A stretch of 64,000 bases of DNA from NCBI GenBank assembly GCA_047947115.1, contig CP170459.1, forward strand, positions 2,848,001 to 2,912,000, given 5' to 3'. This DNA is from Verrucomicrobiota bacterium (lineage in GTDB: Bacteria > Verrucomicrobiota > Verrucomicrobiia > Limisphaerales > AAA164-E04). Shown in pieces: positions 50,478-60,597 of the stretch. The stretch's first letter is position 1, and every line of letters begins with the position of its first letter. A program made the translations under genes and the position numbers. The notes beneath the pieces are model-generated. The model was given only the letters and a program-made list of their open reading frames with translations. It made no database searches and was not told where the DNA came from.

Positions 50478-50508
50478 TGGATGATCTTGATGGAACCGCT
50501 CAGGGCCT

Positions 50509-51516
50509 TCATTTGGCGATCCCGTTGGCCTGTTCGTTCAGTTCGCGTGTTGCCAGAGGGTTCCAGCTGTGGGTGTAAGGATCCGGACCACCTTCCTGTT
50601 TGACAATGGAGATGGAATGATTGATGTCTTTCTGGGTGGAGGTTTCCCACTCCTGTAGTTCCTGATCCGAAAATCCGTGTTGGGAAGTCATCAGCGTTCG
50701 AGCCAGTTCCATGCAGTCCTTTCCAACGTTTGATTGCTTCATGTCATCGGTGACATAATGGGCGTCATCATGTTCTCCATGGCCGCACAAGCGAAGGAGT
50801 TCGGCCACGATCAACTGAGGTCCTTCTCCTTCTCGTGCCTTTCGAGCGGCTGATTGCAGTGTGTTCCAGCAACTCTCGAGATCCGTTCCATCCACTTCAT
50901 GAGCGGTGACCCCGTATCCGACAGCTTTGTCGGTCAGCTTCTTGCAGGCAAACTGCATCGTAGTGGGGGTGGAATAGGCATATTGATTATTGACAACCAC
51001 CAGCAACAGGGGAAGTTTTTCGATGGCAGCCTGATTCAATGCTTCATGAAATGCGCCGGTGGATGTTGCGCCTTCACCGATGCAAGCAGCACCCATAAAG
51101 CCGGATTCACCTTTCATGCGTTTGGCCATCAGGGCTCCGTTGACCACGGAAATGGAGGCTCCCAGATGACTGATCATGGCCATGCATCCTTCCCTTGGGC
51201 GCCCTCTATGGACATTGCCGTCCCTGGCACGCATGGGGCCCAGGGGCGAGCCAAGGCAGTTTCGCAAGGCATCCAGAACCGTTTCGCCGAACGCCAGACG
51301 TCCGGCCCCGTCGCGAATCAACGGGGCATAGATGTCCCCTTTACGAAGGGCCATGCCGACCGACACGCTGAGAGCTTCCTGTCCTTTTCCTAAAAATACG
51401 CCCCCAAATATGTCTCCCGCACGATAGAGTTGGGCGAGTCTTTCGTCCAACTTTCTTGCTGTCAACATGTAGCGATAAGCTTGCTCGATTGTTTCCCTGT
51501 TTAGTTCCTGATTCAT
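50509..51516 (-). CDS. 2-oxoacid dehydrogenase E1 alpha
   Basis: GQEA, TPP motif GEGATSTG...NN, RLCGHGEHD. Confidence 0.92.
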   Translation of the reverse strand: MNQELNRETIEQAYRYMLTARKLDERLAQLYRAGDIFGGVFLGKGQEALSVSVGMALRKGDIYAPLIRDGAGRLAFGETVLDALRNCLGSPLGPMRARDGNVHRGRPREGCMAMISHLGASISVVNGALMAKRMKGESGFMGAACIGEGATSTGAFHEALNQAAIEKLPLLLVVVNNQYAYSTPTTMQFACKKLTDKAVGYGVTAHEVDGTDLESCWNTLQSAARKAREGEGPQLIVAELLRLCGHGEHDDAHYVTDDMKQSNVGKDCMELARTLMTSQHGFSDQELQEWETSTQKDINHSISIVKQEGGPDPYTHSWNPLATRELNEQANGIAK

Positions 51517-51763
51517 TCGAGATATCCCGTGCTCGTAAAGCACGCTATTTCCCTGATACTAATTGCCCGAGTCTGCCGGTGGCAATGGTTTATATTTTTC
51601 CATGGCCTGGCAAAAAAGTTGCATCGTTTTTCATTTTTGCGAGAAATCTCCAAAAAAATTGAACCAAATCCTCTTTGCGGGCGTCCACATGCATATCGCC
51701 GGGAGCTTGGCCGTGTGATTAAATGCGACTTGCCTCCCGATCATCGCAACGTAGACTGAAGCC

Positions 51764-52696
51764 ATGTTGAAAAGAATTGGAATCATTGGTGCACTCGTTC
51801 TGGGAGCTGTTTTCGGTCTCCAGGCACAAGTTGAGGTGTCACTGGAGTTCAAAAAGGATTTCTTCCTCGCTCATGAGGAAATGATCGCCGAAGTTAAAAT
51901 TGTCAATTTCTCCGGTAGAACACTAACCTTCGGTCAGGATCAGGACTGGCTCCAATTCACCGTGGAATCACGCAACGAGTTTCCAGTAGAAAAAAGCGGC
52001 GATCTGGATATCGTTGAAACTTTTGAAGTCCCGAATGCCAGCCGTGGTATTCGGCGTGTGCATCTTGTTCCAACCTATAAAATTGACAAGCCGGGGCGTT
52101 ACCGGATTACTGCGTTTGTCAGCGTTCCCGAATTGAACATGACCAAGGCAACGCCTCCGGTGGAAATCGGATTGCTCTCAGCCTCTGTGATTTGGGAGCG
52201 ACCTGTGGGGGTGGTCATCAATGAAGCAGACCCTTCAGCCCCTATTTCCGTCCGTAAATATTTTCTCATGCGGGCGGTAAATGAAAAAAGCATCGATCTT
52301 TATGTCAAAGTCACCGATCAGTACGAAAAGGACATCTTCGGAGTGTATACTTTGGGAAACATTGTCAGTTTTGGGGAACCGGAGCGTCAGGTCGATCGAT
52401 TCAGCAATCTGCATGTGCTCATGCAAAACGGCGCCCGCACCTTTCGCTATACGATTGTCAAGCCGGATGGAAAAGTATTGCTCCGGCAGAAGTGGGCCTA
52501 TTCCAACACGCGTCCGCAACTTTCCCTGGGGAACGATGGTTTGATTCAGGTGAAGGGAGGGGTCCGCCAAGCCAGTTTTGAAGATATTCCCACTCCCGAA
52601 CAGATTAATGAAGTGCGGGAACGCAACGCAGACCCTGTCGCTGCGCCTCAATCCGGCTCCGCGGAATTAACCCAGAACAATCCGGATAAGGAATAA
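51764..52696 (+). CDS. Secreted hypothetical protein
   Basis: Signal peptide ending LQA-Q; 310-aa beta-rich ORF. Confidence 0.75.
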   Translation: MLKRIGIIGALVLGAVFGLQAQVEVSLEFKKDFFLAHEEMIAEVKIVNFSGRTLTFGQDQDWLQFTVESRNEFPVEKSGDLDIVETFEVPNASRGIRRVHLVPTYKIDKPGRYRITAFVSVPELNMTKATPPVEIGLLSASVIWERPVGVVINEADPSAPISVRKYFLMRAVNEKSIDLYVKVTDQYEKDIFGVYTLGNIVSFGEPERQVDRFSNLHVLMQNGARTFRYTIVKPDGKVLLRQKWAYSNTRPQLSLGNDGLIQVKGGVRQASFEDIPTPEQINEVRERNADPVAAPQSGSAELTQNNPDKE

Positions 52697-52801
52697 TCCG
52701 CCCTTGTGGGGTAAAAAAGAACTCACCTTTCCGCAGAGGGGGTGATGCTGAAAGGGCTCCAGGGGGTAAAGGACCTTGCTCTTGAGTGTGGCACTCGATC
52801 A

Positions 52802-53350
52802 CTATCCCACCATCATCACCGTCTGATTCTGATGGAGGAAGCAGATCTTGTCCGCGATGTCATCCAAAGTCGCCATCAGGTAATCCCGATGACCATTTCC
52901 AATCCAGGGTGAATTTAACATCAGAGAGACGCACCCCATCGAATGAGCGGCAGCCGCGTCCTGCCACTTGTCACTGACCACATAGGAGTGATCCATATCG
53001 ATGCGGTATTGATGTTCCAACTCTTTGAAAAGTCCGGTGTTAGGTTTTGCACAGGGGCAGGGATCCGAGGTTTCGTGAGGGCATATCAGCACATCGTCAA
53101 TCTTCAACCTGGCTCGCATGATTTGATGCATGCGCTCCAATTCTCTCCGATCCAAGTCACCTGTCGCCAGCATGGGTTGATGGGTGGTGACAAAAATTTT
53201 GAGGTTCAACGACCTCAGTTTTGAGATGAATGGAATGACCTCCGGATTGATCTGAAACTCCTCAACACATGTCGGAGGCACGGGCTTGCTTTGCCCCAAC
53301 GGATATCGATTGACAATACCATCCCTTTCTAAGAAGATCGCCGGTTTCAT
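52802..53350 (-). CDS. GmhB/HisB-N-like HAD (subfamily III) protein with altered motif I
   Basis: AIFLERDGIVN, VTTHQ, CPHETSDPCPCAKP, VSDKWQD. Confidence 0.8.
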   Translation of the reverse strand: MKPAIFLERDGIVNRYPLGQSKPVPPTCVEEFQINPEVIPFISKLRSLNLKIFVTTHQPMLATGDLDRRELERMHQIMRARLKIDDVLICPHETSDPCPCAKPNTGLFKELEHQYRIDMDHSYVVSDKWQDAAAAHSMGCVSLMLNSPWIGNGHRDYLMATLDDIADKICFLHQNQTVMMVG

Positions 53351-53483
53351 ACAAGATAACAACTTAGCAGGATAATTGCCGTTTTTCAAAAATAAGAATC
53401 ATATTTCTTCGTTAACATGTAAGCGGAATCACACTGATGTTGAATTGTTTCGAAATTTATTCCTTAACGTTACAATTTGACGC

Positions 53484-53518
53484 AAAGAAAAGCCCGGATT
53501 CAACGGAATCTGGGCTTT
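53484..53518 (-). terminator. Rho-independent terminator
   Basis: Minus strand AAAGCCCAGATTC-CGTT-GAATCCGGGCTTTTCTTT, downstream of the oxidoreductase. Confidence 0.7.
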
Positions 53519-53568
53519 ACATGTCCAAAGGTAGGCTGATACAGCCGTTCGTTTGCGATTATTTCTGC

Positions 53569-54915
53569 TTATGCAAATGGATGCTCCCAAGGGGCTCGAT
53601 ATACGCGTGCCAGACGCTTGTTCGCTTCCGCATCGTTGAGAATGGTTCCGGTTTTCGGATCCCATTTCAATTGTCTGCCCAGTTCCATGGACAGATTGGC
53701 CAGTATACAGGCCGTTGTGGAAATGTAACCTTGTTCAATATCCGCGACAGGTTTGCCGCGTGTGGCAATGGCGTTGAGGAAGTCCAGCATGTGACCGCGC
53801 ACCGCCGGTGCGACATGGCGTTCGAGATCTTTCTCGGTTCGATCTTCCGGGTATTCATCCAACTCCATGACTACATTCTGATGAACAGGTGATGCACCGC
53901 GTGCACTCGGAATGAAATCGTAGCTGTTTACGCTCATTTTCAGCGTTCCCTTGTCGCCATACAGGAAAGCTGCCCAAGGATAAGCCGGGTCTGGTGCATG
54001 TCCCCAGGTGCGGTGTTGCCAGACGACCTGGAGATCCTTGAAATCAAACGTTGCGGTCTGGGTGTCCGAGATGTTGGCTTTTGCCTGTTTGCCCACAAGA
54101 ATGCCGCCGGATGAATTCACCGTCTCGGGCCAACCTAGATCGAGCATCCAGCGGACCGTATCCAACATGTGGATACACATATCTCCGATGATGCCGTTGC
54201 CGTATTCCATGAACGACCTCCAACCGCGCTGGTGCACGATGTTGTTGTAGGGACGCATCGGGGCGGGTCCCGTCCACATTTCGTAATCCAGGTTGGCCGG
54301 CGGCGCCATGTCGGGAGGGTTGGAACCGTTGCGCATATGATAATAGCAACAGATCTCGGCATGGGCGATGTTGCCCAGCATGCCGGTGTCGACAAATTTT
54401 TTCTTTGCCTCGATCAAATGGGGCGTGCTGCGGCGTTGTGTTCCCACCTGCACCACTCGACCATACTGTCTTGCGGCTTTGAGCATGGCCTGACCTTCGC
54501 GAACATCGACGCTGATGGGTTTCTGGACATAGACATCCGCTCCGGCTTTGACGGCTTCAATCATGTTGAGCGCATGCCAATGATCCGGAGTTCCGATCAG
54601 GACAATGTCGAGATCCTTCTCCGCCAGCATCTCCCGATAATCGGCAAAGAGTCGTGGCTTTTTACCGGATTTTTGGCGCTCGGCAACAATGTCCGCAGCG
54701 CCCGCCAACAGATCTTTGTCCACGTCACACAAGGATACCACTTCAACCGGCGCTACCTGAATCAGGCGCAACAGGTCGACTTTTCCGTACCATCCGGTGC
54801 CAATGAGGCCGACTCGTTTGGGTTTTCCGTTGACGAGTTCCGCCAACGCATCCTGGTTGAGCGCAGTGGCTGCGAGCCCAGCGCTTCCTGTTTTGATAAA
54901 TTCTCGTCGATTCAT
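53569..54915 (-). CDS. Tat-exported Gfo/Idh/MocA oxidoreductase
   Basis: MNRREFIK, GLIGTG, TPDHWH, VQKP, QVGTQRRS. Confidence 0.92.
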   Translation of the reverse strand: MNRREFIKTGSAGLAATALNQDALAELVNGKPKRVGLIGTGWYGKVDLLRLIQVAPVEVVSLCDVDKDLLAGAADIVAERQKSGKKPRLFADYREMLAEKDLDIVLIGTPDHWHALNMIEAVKAGADVYVQKPISVDVREGQAMLKAARQYGRVVQVGTQRRSTPHLIEAKKKFVDTGMLGNIAHAEICCYYHMRNGSNPPDMAPPANLDYEMWTGPAPMRPYNNIVHQRGWRSFMEYGNGIIGDMCIHMLDTVRWMLDLGWPETVNSSGGILVGKQAKANISDTQTATFDFKDLQVVWQHRTWGHAPDPAYPWAAFLYGDKGTLKMSVNSYDFIPSARGASPVHQNVVMELDEYPEDRTEKDLERHVAPAVRGHMLDFLNAIATRGKPVADIEQGYISTTACILANLSMELGRQLKWDPKTGTILNDAEANKRLARVYRAPWEHPFA

Positions 54916-55107
54916 ATGTATCTCCTGAAATTGACCTGGTTTTGAAACACAAGTAGCCTGTGTTGGCTGTATCCAATCCGGATCCTTTGAAAGATCCAAT
55001 TATCTCTGCATCCATAAGAATTGTCCAACTCAGAATGGAATGAATGAATTTATCCAAGCATATCACTTGATGTTCCTTGAATCCGCAGGCATCTATTCCT
55101 ACCTGTC

Positions 55108-56958
55108 ATGACCGAACACATTCTGGCCCAAATCACTTCGATCCTCTTTCTGGGGATCGGTTCCCAATGGGTGGCTTGGCGAATGCGTCTGCCCTCCATC
55201 CTCATGTTGCTGGTTGCCGGATTCGTGGCGGGACCGGTGACGCATCATCAGTGGATCGATCCTGATGCCATGTTTGGAGATGTGTTGATGCCGTTTGTTT
55301 CGGTGAGTGTGGGATTGATCATGTTTGAAGGAGGCTTGACCCTGAAATTTCGCGAGCTGGATGACATCGGTCCCGTGGTGTTGCGTTTGGTCAGTCTGGG
55401 GGCTGCTGTCACCTGGGGGATGACCATTCTGCTGGCGCGTTTGTGTCTTGGCTGGGATTGGGCCTTGTGTGCTTTGCTGGGGGCAATTCTGGTTGTGACC
55501 GGTCCGACGGTGATCATGCCCTTGCTGCGTTTTCTACAGCCGAATCGTCAGGTGGCTTCGGCTCTCAAGTGGGAAGGCATCATGATTGATCCCGTCGGAG
55601 CCTTGCTCGCGTTGCTGGTCTTTGAATCCATTCATCATGGGATGGGGGAGCATGGTGTAACGTGGCACCACTTCCCGTTGGCGGCGGCCTGGGGTTTTGG
55701 TAAGACATTGCTGGCTGGGGGGCTGACCGGCGGGGTGGGAGCGCTTTGGATTTATCATTTCTACAAACGACATTGGGTGCCGGAATACCTCCAGAGTCCC
55801 TTTGCCTTGATGGTGGCAGTGTTGGCTTTTGCCGGCGCCAACTTTTTTCAGCATGAAGCGGGATTGCTCGCCACAACGGTCATGGGTTTGATCCTCGCGA
55901 ATCAGAAGCACGTTGACATTCGGCACATATTGGAATTCAAGGAAAATCTGAGAGTGCTCCTGATATCCGTCTTGTTCATCGTTCTTTCGGCGCGCTTGCA
56001 CCTTGAGGATTTTTCCGCTTTGCCTCTGGGGGGCGTGCTGTTGTTTTTGCTGGGACTTCTCCTGGTTGTTCGGCCAGCCACCGTTTGGTTGTCCTGTGCC
56101 GGTTCCAGCCTCAAAACGAGTGAGCGTTGGTTTCTATCATGGATGGCTCCGCGTGGGATCGTGGCTGCGGCGGTGGCTTCCGTGTTTTCCATGCGCCTGG
56201 TGGAGGATGGTATGGCGGGGGCTGAACTGCTGACTCCGGTCATTTTCGTGGTAATCGTCGGAACGGTGCTTGTATATGGTTTGACTGCCCCTGCGGTTGC
56301 AAGGCGTTTGAATGTATCCAGTCCCGATCCGCAGGGAGTGTTGATCGCCGGTGCCCATGATTTGGGCCGGGGACTGGGGATGGCGCTTCAGAAGGAAGGA
56401 TTCAAGGTGCTGATGGTGGACAACAATCGCCAACACATCAATCAGGCACGCATGGATGGATTGCCGGTTCACTACGGCAGTATTTTGTCGGAGGACGCCT
56501 TTGATGAGTTGGATCTGGCGGGGATTGGTCGGTTTATTGCATTGACTCCCAACCATCGTGTCAATTCGCTCGCAGCCATCCATTTTTCTGAAATGTTTGG
56601 TCGGACGGGAGTTTTTCAACTGCCGGATCATCCAGGGAAATCACAGCGCACCGAAAGTTTTTCCGAGGGGCTTCAGGGGCGAACCCTGTTCAGCAAGGAA
56701 ACCACTTACGAATGGTTTAACGAACGGCTCGGGGCGGGTTACGTGATCAAACGAACGGCCATGACGGAGAATTTCGATTTCGAAGATTTTCGATCAGAGT
56801 ATCAATCCGATGTCTGTCCGATGTTTTTGGTCACTGAAAACAAGAAACTTCACATCATCACAACGGGCCAAGCCATCAAGCCGGGCAAAGGGCAAGTTTT
56901 GATCAGTCTGGTACCGGTGCTGAGTGATAAACAGCCTTCGAAGATCGATCAGGAATAG
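55108..56958 (+). CDS. Cation:proton antiporter (CPA1) with C-terminal RCK/TrkA-N domain
   Basis: IMFEGGL, VTGPTVI, WEGIMIDP, APRGIVAAA, LIAGAH...VDNN. Confidence 0.9.
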   Translation: MTEHILAQITSILFLGIGSQWVAWRMRLPSILMLLVAGFVAGPVTHHQWIDPDAMFGDVLMPFVSVSVGLIMFEGGLTLKFRELDDIGPVVLRLVSLGAAVTWGMTILLARLCLGWDWALCALLGAILVVTGPTVIMPLLRFLQPNRQVASALKWEGIMIDPVGALLALLVFESIHHGMGEHGVTWHHFPLAAAWGFGKTLLAGGLTGGVGALWIYHFYKRHWVPEYLQSPFALMVAVLAFAGANFFQHEAGLLATTVMGLILANQKHVDIRHILEFKENLRVLLISVLFIVLSARLHLEDFSALPLGGVLLFLLGLLLVVRPATVWLSCAGSSLKTSERWFLSWMAPRGIVAAAVASVFSMRLVEDGMAGAELLTPVIFVVIVGTVLVYGLTAPAVARRLNVSSPDPQGVLIAGAHDLGRGLGMALQKEGFKVLMVDNNRQHINQARMDGLPVHYGSILSEDAFDELDLAGIGRFIALTPNHRVNSLAAIHFSEMFGRTGVFQLPDHPGKSQRTESFSEGLQGRTLFSKETTYEWFNERLGAGYVIKRTAMTENFDFEDFRSEYQSDVCPMFLVTENKKLHIITTGQAIKPGKGQVLISLVPVLSDKQPSKIDQE

Positions 56959-57632
56959 TTCAGCGCCTTCGTCAGCAATTTTTTATTTTTGGCAACGTGG
57001 TGTTGGACGGATGATGTTGATTTTGCATTGCTGCCAAGGTATGGGAGTTCCAGGACGGTACACTCATTGATCCAGGATCTGAGAAGTTTGGCGTTGGATT
57101 TTACGGAAAGATCCGTGTTTTTTCTTCCCATCAAAACCACATGGATGTTTTTGGTAGGCATGAACGATTGCAGGTAGGTGACGTTCAGCAAGACCTGATT
57201 GAGGACGCCCAATTTGTTTGGTGCAGTTAAAACGACATGGGGTCGGAGTGCTTCGGTCACATGACCCAGATGATAATCCGCCCCCAAGGGGGACATCAGC
57301 CCGCCTGCGCCTTCGACCAACAATAAGTCACACTGTTTGCGGGTTTCCTGTATGTGTTCCATGAGTGCCTGTTTGGAAACCTGAATCTTTTCAGGCATGG
57401 CTCCCGGGGCCAGAGGCGGTTCAAAATACCAGGGGTTGATTTCCTGCAACGGTAGGTCCCGGTGGCTGTGAGTTCGGATATGACGTGCATCGGACCTGGA
57501 GCCGGAACAAAACGGTTTGAGGCCCAATGCCTCAACCCCGAGTGATCGAAGGTGGGACAATGCCATGCAGGTGAACAAAGTCTTGCCTGCTCCCGTATCG
57601 GTGCCTGTGATGAATATCAGTTTTCCTTGCAT
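56949..57632 (-). CDS. bioD: Dethiobiotin synthetase
   Basis: FITGTDTGAGKT, LKP, VEGAGGLMSP, LGVLNQ. Confidence 0.92.
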   Translation of the reverse strand: MQGKLIFITGTDTGAGKTLFTCMALSHLRSLGVEALGLKPFCSGSRSDARHIRTHSHRDLPLQEINPWYFEPPLAPGAMPEKIQVSKQALMEHIQETRKQCDLLLVEGAGGLMSPLGADYHLGHVTEALRPHVVLTAPNKLGVLNQVLLNVTYLQSFMPTKNIHVVLMGRKNTDLSVKSNAKLLRSWINECTVLELPYLGSNAKSTSSVQHHVAKNKKLLTKALNYS

Positions 57633-57639
57633 GAGGTGG

Positions 57640-58728
57640 CTAGTCCCATCGCATGTTGAGCACGGCGAATTGATTTCTTCCCATTCGAATGATCAGGGCC
57701 CGAAAGACGCGTGTGTATTGATCGATGTGCGCTTCGACGAAAACCTCGAAGGTGTTGCTGCGGTTGGTGACGTAGCGTTGCAGTGATTGTAACACATCTG
57801 GAGTGATGCTGGGGACCATGGATAGTTCCTGTATTCGAGTGAACGGAATGTCGTCTTCCGTTCCATCCATACCGTCGAACCCCGCGCGCGTCATCACAAT
57901 GTCAAACGCCATGTTTTCATCCATTCCAGGAATTAATTGCAGCACTTCGGCCGATGCCGTGTTGATATTCACCTGCGCCCCGCCAATGGTTGTGAAAATG
58001 TCGACCAATCCAAAGGAACCTGCTCCCATACCCGTAGGCATGCCCAAGGGACCCACTGCAGGGCTGGCAGCTCCCAATCCAAAGTAAATTTCGGGAGTGA
58101 TGCCTCGGATGAACAACAATTCGGAAAGGTCATCAATGGGACCGTTCTTCACCAGATAGGGGGGGAATGGGGGATTTGGTTCGGTCAAATAATCCTCTTC
58201 ATCGGCTCCGTTGAGACGAACTGCGACATCCGCGTCCACCCAGTCCATCAGTGAATCCATGATCACGGCCGATTGGAACGAATCGACTCCCATATAAAGG
58301 AGCGCCTGTGCCATGATCGTGGGGCCATGCACATTGATGTTGAACCGTCTTTCAAGATCTTCGATGCGGACATTGATGATGCCGTCTCCCAAGGGAACTC
58401 CTTCCAGTGAAATGGCCGATAACACATCATTGGTACCAAAGGGGCCGCCCGCCCACATCTGGTTCAGTGCGTCAAACTGGTTCTCGATGGGGATGTTCAT
58501 CTTTTCGGCCAATACATATTTGGCAAGTTCCACTCCGGAACGTCCCATCCATTCCATGTCAGGATCCCGTGTTGTGTTCATGGCCAGACGAGTTTCGATC
58601 TTCATCGAAAAACTGAAATGCGCCGCCATGATTCCCAGCGCCAGCACCACCACCATGACCATCACCAGGGCGATACCTGATTGCCGGGCATGACGCATTG
58701 ATTCATGGTTGGATGTGGTGATGAACAT
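57640..58728 (-). CDS. gspK: T2SS minor pseudopilin GspK-like
   Basis: G-IALVMV (no Glu5), RFNIN, DWVDAD, KNGPIDDLSEL, VNINTAS. Confidence 0.85.
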   Translation of the reverse strand: MFITTSNHESMRHARQSGIALVMVMVVVLALGIMAAHFSFSMKIETRLAMNTTRDPDMEWMGRSGVELAKYVLAEKMNIPIENQFDALNQMWAGGPFGTNDVLSAISLEGVPLGDGIINVRIEDLERRFNINVHGPTIMAQALLYMGVDSFQSAVIMDSLMDWVDADVAVRLNGADEEDYLTEPNPPFPPYLVKNGPIDDLSELLFIRGITPEIYFGLGAASPAVGPLGMPTGMGAGSFGLVDIFTTIGGAQVNINTASAEVLQLIPGMDENMAFDIVMTRAGFDGMDGTEDDIPFTRIQELSMVPSITPDVLQSLQRYVTNRSNTFEVFVEAHIDQYTRVFRALIIRMGRNQFAVLNMRWD

Positions 58729-58744
58729 GATGTTTCTAACAAAC

Positions 58745-59548
58745 TTATTGTTGAATCGGGACGGCTTGGATGGGTTGATTGATTGGAGCGCCGCCAACCG
58801 GACCGGTGGGCCGTTGGAAATTGGCGCCCACGGTTTGGGAAGGAATCTGCACGATGCGTTTGATGAGTCGGTTTTCATCGACTTTGCCGCTTTCAGGCGA
58901 AACAAAACCAAGGGAAAAACGCATCATGGCTGGCAATTGGTTGGTATAGATCCATTCCGGCAGCCACTCACCCGTTCTGACATCCAGAAATTCCAATGTG
59001 AACTGCCCCACATTTTTTGCCAACACCATGGGATAAGGTTCTTTCCCGTTTTCAAGGGGGGCCAGGATGGGGTTTTGTCGCATGATGAGCTGGTGGACAT
59101 TGTTGGTGGGTTCCACGCTGAATGTCACACGTCGAACGGGTTGATCGTAGAACAGACCGCTTCCCGGAAACGACGACGGCAGTCGGGACACCAAACTGAA
59201 CGCAGCGTAGTTTTCAGTGGTGTCCGTCAGAAATGCGTAGTATGGGAGATTTGCTTCGTAGATGACGGCAGAGGTCATTGCATCGGTCAAGGCACGGACG
59301 GATACGCGATTGCGGTGCGCTTCCACTGCTGCCGTGATTCCGATCTGGGAGCTTTGCACAATGGCCTGCCAGGATGCAAAAATTGCCACCATCAAACCTC
59401 CCAACACACCAATCGCGACCATGATTTCAATCAGTGTGAAGGCGCCCAGACGTGGTGCTTTTTTCAAACCCTGCAGATCAGTCGTCTGAGGTGTTGCGGA
59501 TTTGTTGAAGGGGACTTGCAGCCCTATGTTTCTTGGTGGGATGTTCAT
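58745..59548 (-). CDS. gspJ: T2SS minor pseudopilin GspJ-like
   Basis: AFTLIEIMVA; C-terminal W..EW..TNQLP; gene order. Confidence 0.75.
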   Translation of the reverse strand: MNIPPRNIGLQVPFNKSATPQTTDLQGLKKAPRLGAFTLIEIMVAIGVLGGLMVAIFASWQAIVQSSQIGITAAVEAHRNRVSVRALTDAMTSAVIYEANLPYYAFLTDTTENYAAFSLVSRLPSSFPGSGLFYDQPVRRVTFSVEPTNNVHQLIMRQNPILAPLENGKEPYPMVLAKNVGQFTLEFLDVRTGEWLPEWIYTNQLPAMMRFSLGFVSPESGKVDENRLIKRIVQIPSQTVGANFQRPTGPVGGAPINQPIQAVPIQQ

Positions 59549-59979
59549 CGTGGCAATACTCCTCTTTGAACTCCCATGTTGGGACGCCAGAGCAGGATGC
59601 TGTTGCGGGACTGGCGCATGCTGTTCTCGGACATCCAGTGAATATTGTAATCGACGCGGAACAATCCATTTGTGGCGACCTCATCAATAAACCCGTCCAC
59701 CGTCACGCCCGGATGCGCATCTTCATAAGCAATTTTGACATCAATGGGCAGTGGTCCTATCTCCAGAAAATTGGTCATTGACAGCAGGGACGGAAGGCTG
59801 GTGCGATCCACATCCAGTGTCTGCAGGATGCGGGCGGTGCGCAGGTGCTGACTGGTCAGTTCCAGAATCGCAAACACCGAAGTGAAGAAGATCGCAATGG
59901 CGATCATGACTTCCAACAGGCTGAATGCTTCCTTGAAGCAGGAAGAACCGTTTTTCTGGTTGGTGAGGGTGATCTTCAT
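59545..59979 (-). CDS. gspI: T2SS minor pseudopilin GspI-like
   Basis: AFSLLEVMIAIAIF; short; gene order. Confidence 0.7.
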   Translation of the reverse strand: MKITLTNQKNGSSCFKEAFSLLEVMIAIAIFFTSVFAILELTSQHLRTARILQTLDVDRTSLPSLLSMTNFLEIGPLPIDVKIAYEDAHPGVTVDGFIDEVATNGLFRVDYNIHWMSENSMRQSRNSILLWRPNMGVQRGVLPR

Positions 59980-59991
59980 TGGATTAAAGGA

Positions 59992-60597
59992 TTAATAATC
60001 CATGTACTTTGGATCCGATAAACTGGGAAGCCCGGTGATGGGATCAAGCATGATGATGCGGCGGTCCTCATTCAGCAGGACCGTCACCATGAACTCATCA
60101 GAAGTCCCATTGGGGTAAAAGCGAATTCGAGCTTCTCCGGCTCCTCCATCAATCAGATCCACAAAATTAACCCAAATTTCCTCCAAAGCGATGTTGTAAT
60201 CCAGAGTGCGTCGGAATCCGTCCAGTTCTTCAAAATGAGTCCTGGACTTGCGGGAGTTGTTGCCGGAAATGGGGTCTGGATTGAGCATGTCCTCGGGCAG
60301 ACCGGGATTCTCAGGTCCAAGCAGCCGAGGATTGACCGCCTGGCGCACGTACAGGGCGTAGGAATCGTTGTCGGTGTTGATGACCAGTTCCGCCACCGTC
60401 CCTTTCAGGATGGCCAGGGCTCGGGCTTGTTTACATCCGTCCATGATATCCATGGTCGCTTTGGCGATGCCGTGTTTTTCCAGCGCGCGCAGCATATTGG
60501 GAACACCCCAGCCAAGCATCAGCAAGACAATGCCGGTGACCAGCATCACTTCGATGAGGGTAAAAGCATGTTGCTTGCTGTGGTGTTTGAGCTTCAT
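59992..60597 (-). CDS. gspH: T2SS minor pseudopilin GspH/FimT-like
   Basis: AFTLIEVM, ARALAI, IRFYPNGT. Confidence 0.78.
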   Translation of the reverse strand: MKLKHHSKQHAFTLIEVMLVTGIVLLMLGWGVPNMLRALEKHGIAKATMDIMDGCKQARALAILKGTVAELVINTDNDSYALYVRQAVNPRLLGPENPGLPEDMLNPDPISGNNSRKSRTHFEELDGFRRTLDYNIALEEIWVNFVDLIDGGAGEARIRFYPNGTSDEFMVTVLLNEDRRIIMLDPITGLPSLSDPKYMDY

